Assembly: GCA_039028615.1 (NCBI GenBank) | Contig: JBCCHT010000043.1 | Location: 32,001-96,000, forward strand | Length of the DNA: 64,000 bases | Source: Myxococcota bacterium | Lineage (GTDB): Bacteria; Myxococcota_A; Polyangia; Nannocystales; Nannocystaceae | Direction: 5' to 3' | In this document: positions 62,447 through 64,000 of the stretch, piece after piece | How positions within the stretch are numbered: the first letter of the stretch is position 1 | How the letters are laid out: the number at the start of each line of letters is the position of its first letter | Notes under the pieces: model-generated | Told to the model about the DNA's origin: nothing | Database searches by the model: none | What the model saw: the letters and a program-made list of their open reading frames with translations, nothing else | Translations under genes and position numbers: made by a program

Positions 62447-63195
62447 TTGTGCTTTCGTCCTCTCTTCGTCGCGTTCGCTGTCACGGGCAGCAGCCGGGAA
62501 ACGCCGCTCCCACTCCCGGAGCGACCCACCGACTGCGCCAAAGTCATTTCGCACTCAGCGGATGGGTCGTTCCTCGTGCCGGAGCGGTTCGAGGTCCTCG
62601 ACGATCCATGTTTCCTCTGGACCCTCGTCCTCGTCCCACGACCGACGCGACTTGGGCCGCGCCGGCAACGTGGGGCCAGGCAGCGCTCGCTTCATGCGAT
62701 CGCAATCCCGACCCGCCGAAGCCGACACTCCGCGTAGCCATCGCCCATCCGTCCTCGAACCACGTGCCACCACCACCTCCTAGACCAGACCGCTCACCTA
62801 AACGCTTCACGGCCGCCGATCCTTTCGCGGAGGTAATGATAATCCTGATTTTATCCGAGGCCACTCCTGGTGCTCTCCGAATGAACCCCAAACATCATAA
62901 AGTTTGGAGTGATTTCGATTCCATTATTGATGATAACCGGAGTGGAGTTCAAGTCGCCCGCCCTCGAGCGCTCTGGGGTTAGCTTTTCAACTACATGAAA
63001 TCACATTACTAATATAGCAGCGCGGTTTCGCACGGCCCGTGGGCCACCTCGGGGTGCGAATCGACAGCGCGTACGACGTCACATCGTTGCGAACAAAAGC
63101 GCGTAGTGGGGCGAACGGGCCATGCATTCCCCGACGGCGGCGGACTCGCCTTCCGCCATTGAAACGACGCCGCGGTCACATGCAGCGACACGCAC

Positions 63196-64000
63196 CTACT
63201 GCGCGTCGAGCCCCGCGATCCACTCGACGACCTCGGCGAGATCGCGTCGGGTGTCGACCCCACGCACGACGAATCCGGCGCGCGCCTGCTCGGCGAGCTC
63301 GCGCGCTCTCGGGCGCTGCGTGGGATCGGGCCACAGGCATCGCGCGAGCACGAAGCGGCCGGCCGCGAGTTCATGGGGCCGAACGTCGACCATCGCCGCG
63401 TCCTGGAGCGCGACCGCCTCTTTGGCGTGCGCGAGCGCGACGTCGATCTGTCCCTGGGCCAATGCGACTTCCGCCAGGCCGATGATGGAGACCGCGCGCC
63501 CCGGATCCTCGGGCCCCAGCTTCGCGTTGCGGATGGCCAGGGCCCGCTCGTGGTGGCGCCGGGCGTCCTCGAACATGCCCTGGCGCAGGAGCATGTCACC
63601 CAGCAAGCTCAGGCTGTGGGCCACCCCGAGATGGTCGGCCCCCAGCGTCTTTTCCCGGATCTCCAGGGCCGACTCGAATGCTCTCGTCGCCGCGCCGTCC
63701 TTGCCGCGCTGATCGAGCACGATGCCCAGGTTCTCGAAGCTGCGTGCGACCTGCGGGTGCTCGTACCCCAGGGTCTCCTTGCGGATCTGAAGCGCGCGAT
63801 GGTGCACGCGCTCGGCCAGCTGGTACCGGCCCAGGTACTCGAACGCGATGCCGAGGTTGGTCGCGCTGGAGGCCACCAGCGGATGCTCGGGCCCCAGCAC
63901 GCGTTGGCGGATCGTCAGCGCGCGCTGGTGACTGTCCCGCGCCTGCTCGTACTCCCCCAGCTCCATCTGCGCCAGGGCCAGGTTGTTGAGCATGCCCGCC
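63196..64000 (-). CDS. tetratricopeptide-repeat protein (C-terminal part; 5' end lies outside the window)
   Basis: Repeated 42-aa units RAL.IR...LG..HP.VA.S..NLG. Confidence 0.9.
   Translation of the reverse strand, partial: AGMLNNLALAQMELGEYEQARDSHQRALTIRQRVLGPEHPLVASSATNLGIAFEYLGRYQLAERVHHRALQIRKETLGYEHPQVARSFENLGIVLDQRGKDGAATRAFESALEIREKTLGADHLGVAHSLSLLGDMLLRQGMFEDARRHHERALAIRNAKLGPEDPGRAVSIIGLAEVALAQGQIDVALAHAKEAVALQDAAMVDVRPHELAAGRFVLARCLWPDPTQRPRARELAEQARAGFVVRGVDTRRDLAEVVEWIAGLDAQ

Noticed and set aside
62555..62776. Small minus-strand ORF upstream of the RHH gene
   Set aside because: Short, no motif and no clear start signal; cannot be supported from sequence alone

Overview
High-GC bacterial DNA. 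The gene content (Ser/Thr kinases, FHA and PilZ proteins, a DUF1592/DUF1552 pair, many Cys-rich lipoproteins with acidic Ser/Thr/Gly linkers, HMG-CoA synthase) points to a myxobacterium, probably Nannocystaceae-like (inference). About 50 CDS are supported, plus two tRNA genes, a GFA-family pseudogene, intrinsic terminators and Pho boxes between a phosphate porin and pstSCAB-phoU. No CRISPR array, rRNA or transposase was seen. Main findings: (1) a two-tRNA operon (Arg-ACG, and a Leu-CAG lacking the long variable arm) preceded by an unannotated 37-codon ORF in which 18 codons are Arg or Leu (RLRLRLR, RRLLR), a candidate leader-peptide sensor controlling its own tRNAs; (2) a TAXI solute-binding domain fused to a K+-channel-type pore with an atypical filter and an RCK domain, translationally coupled to a separate soluble RCK gene; (3) a PilT/PilU-like pair with complementary His-box losses, flanked by two paralogous FHA-PilZ genes; (4) an ArmA/Sgm-like 16S m7G1405 methyltransferase near rsmI. 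All protein calls come from motif recognition by eye, with no database search, and several start codons were moved from the ORF track.
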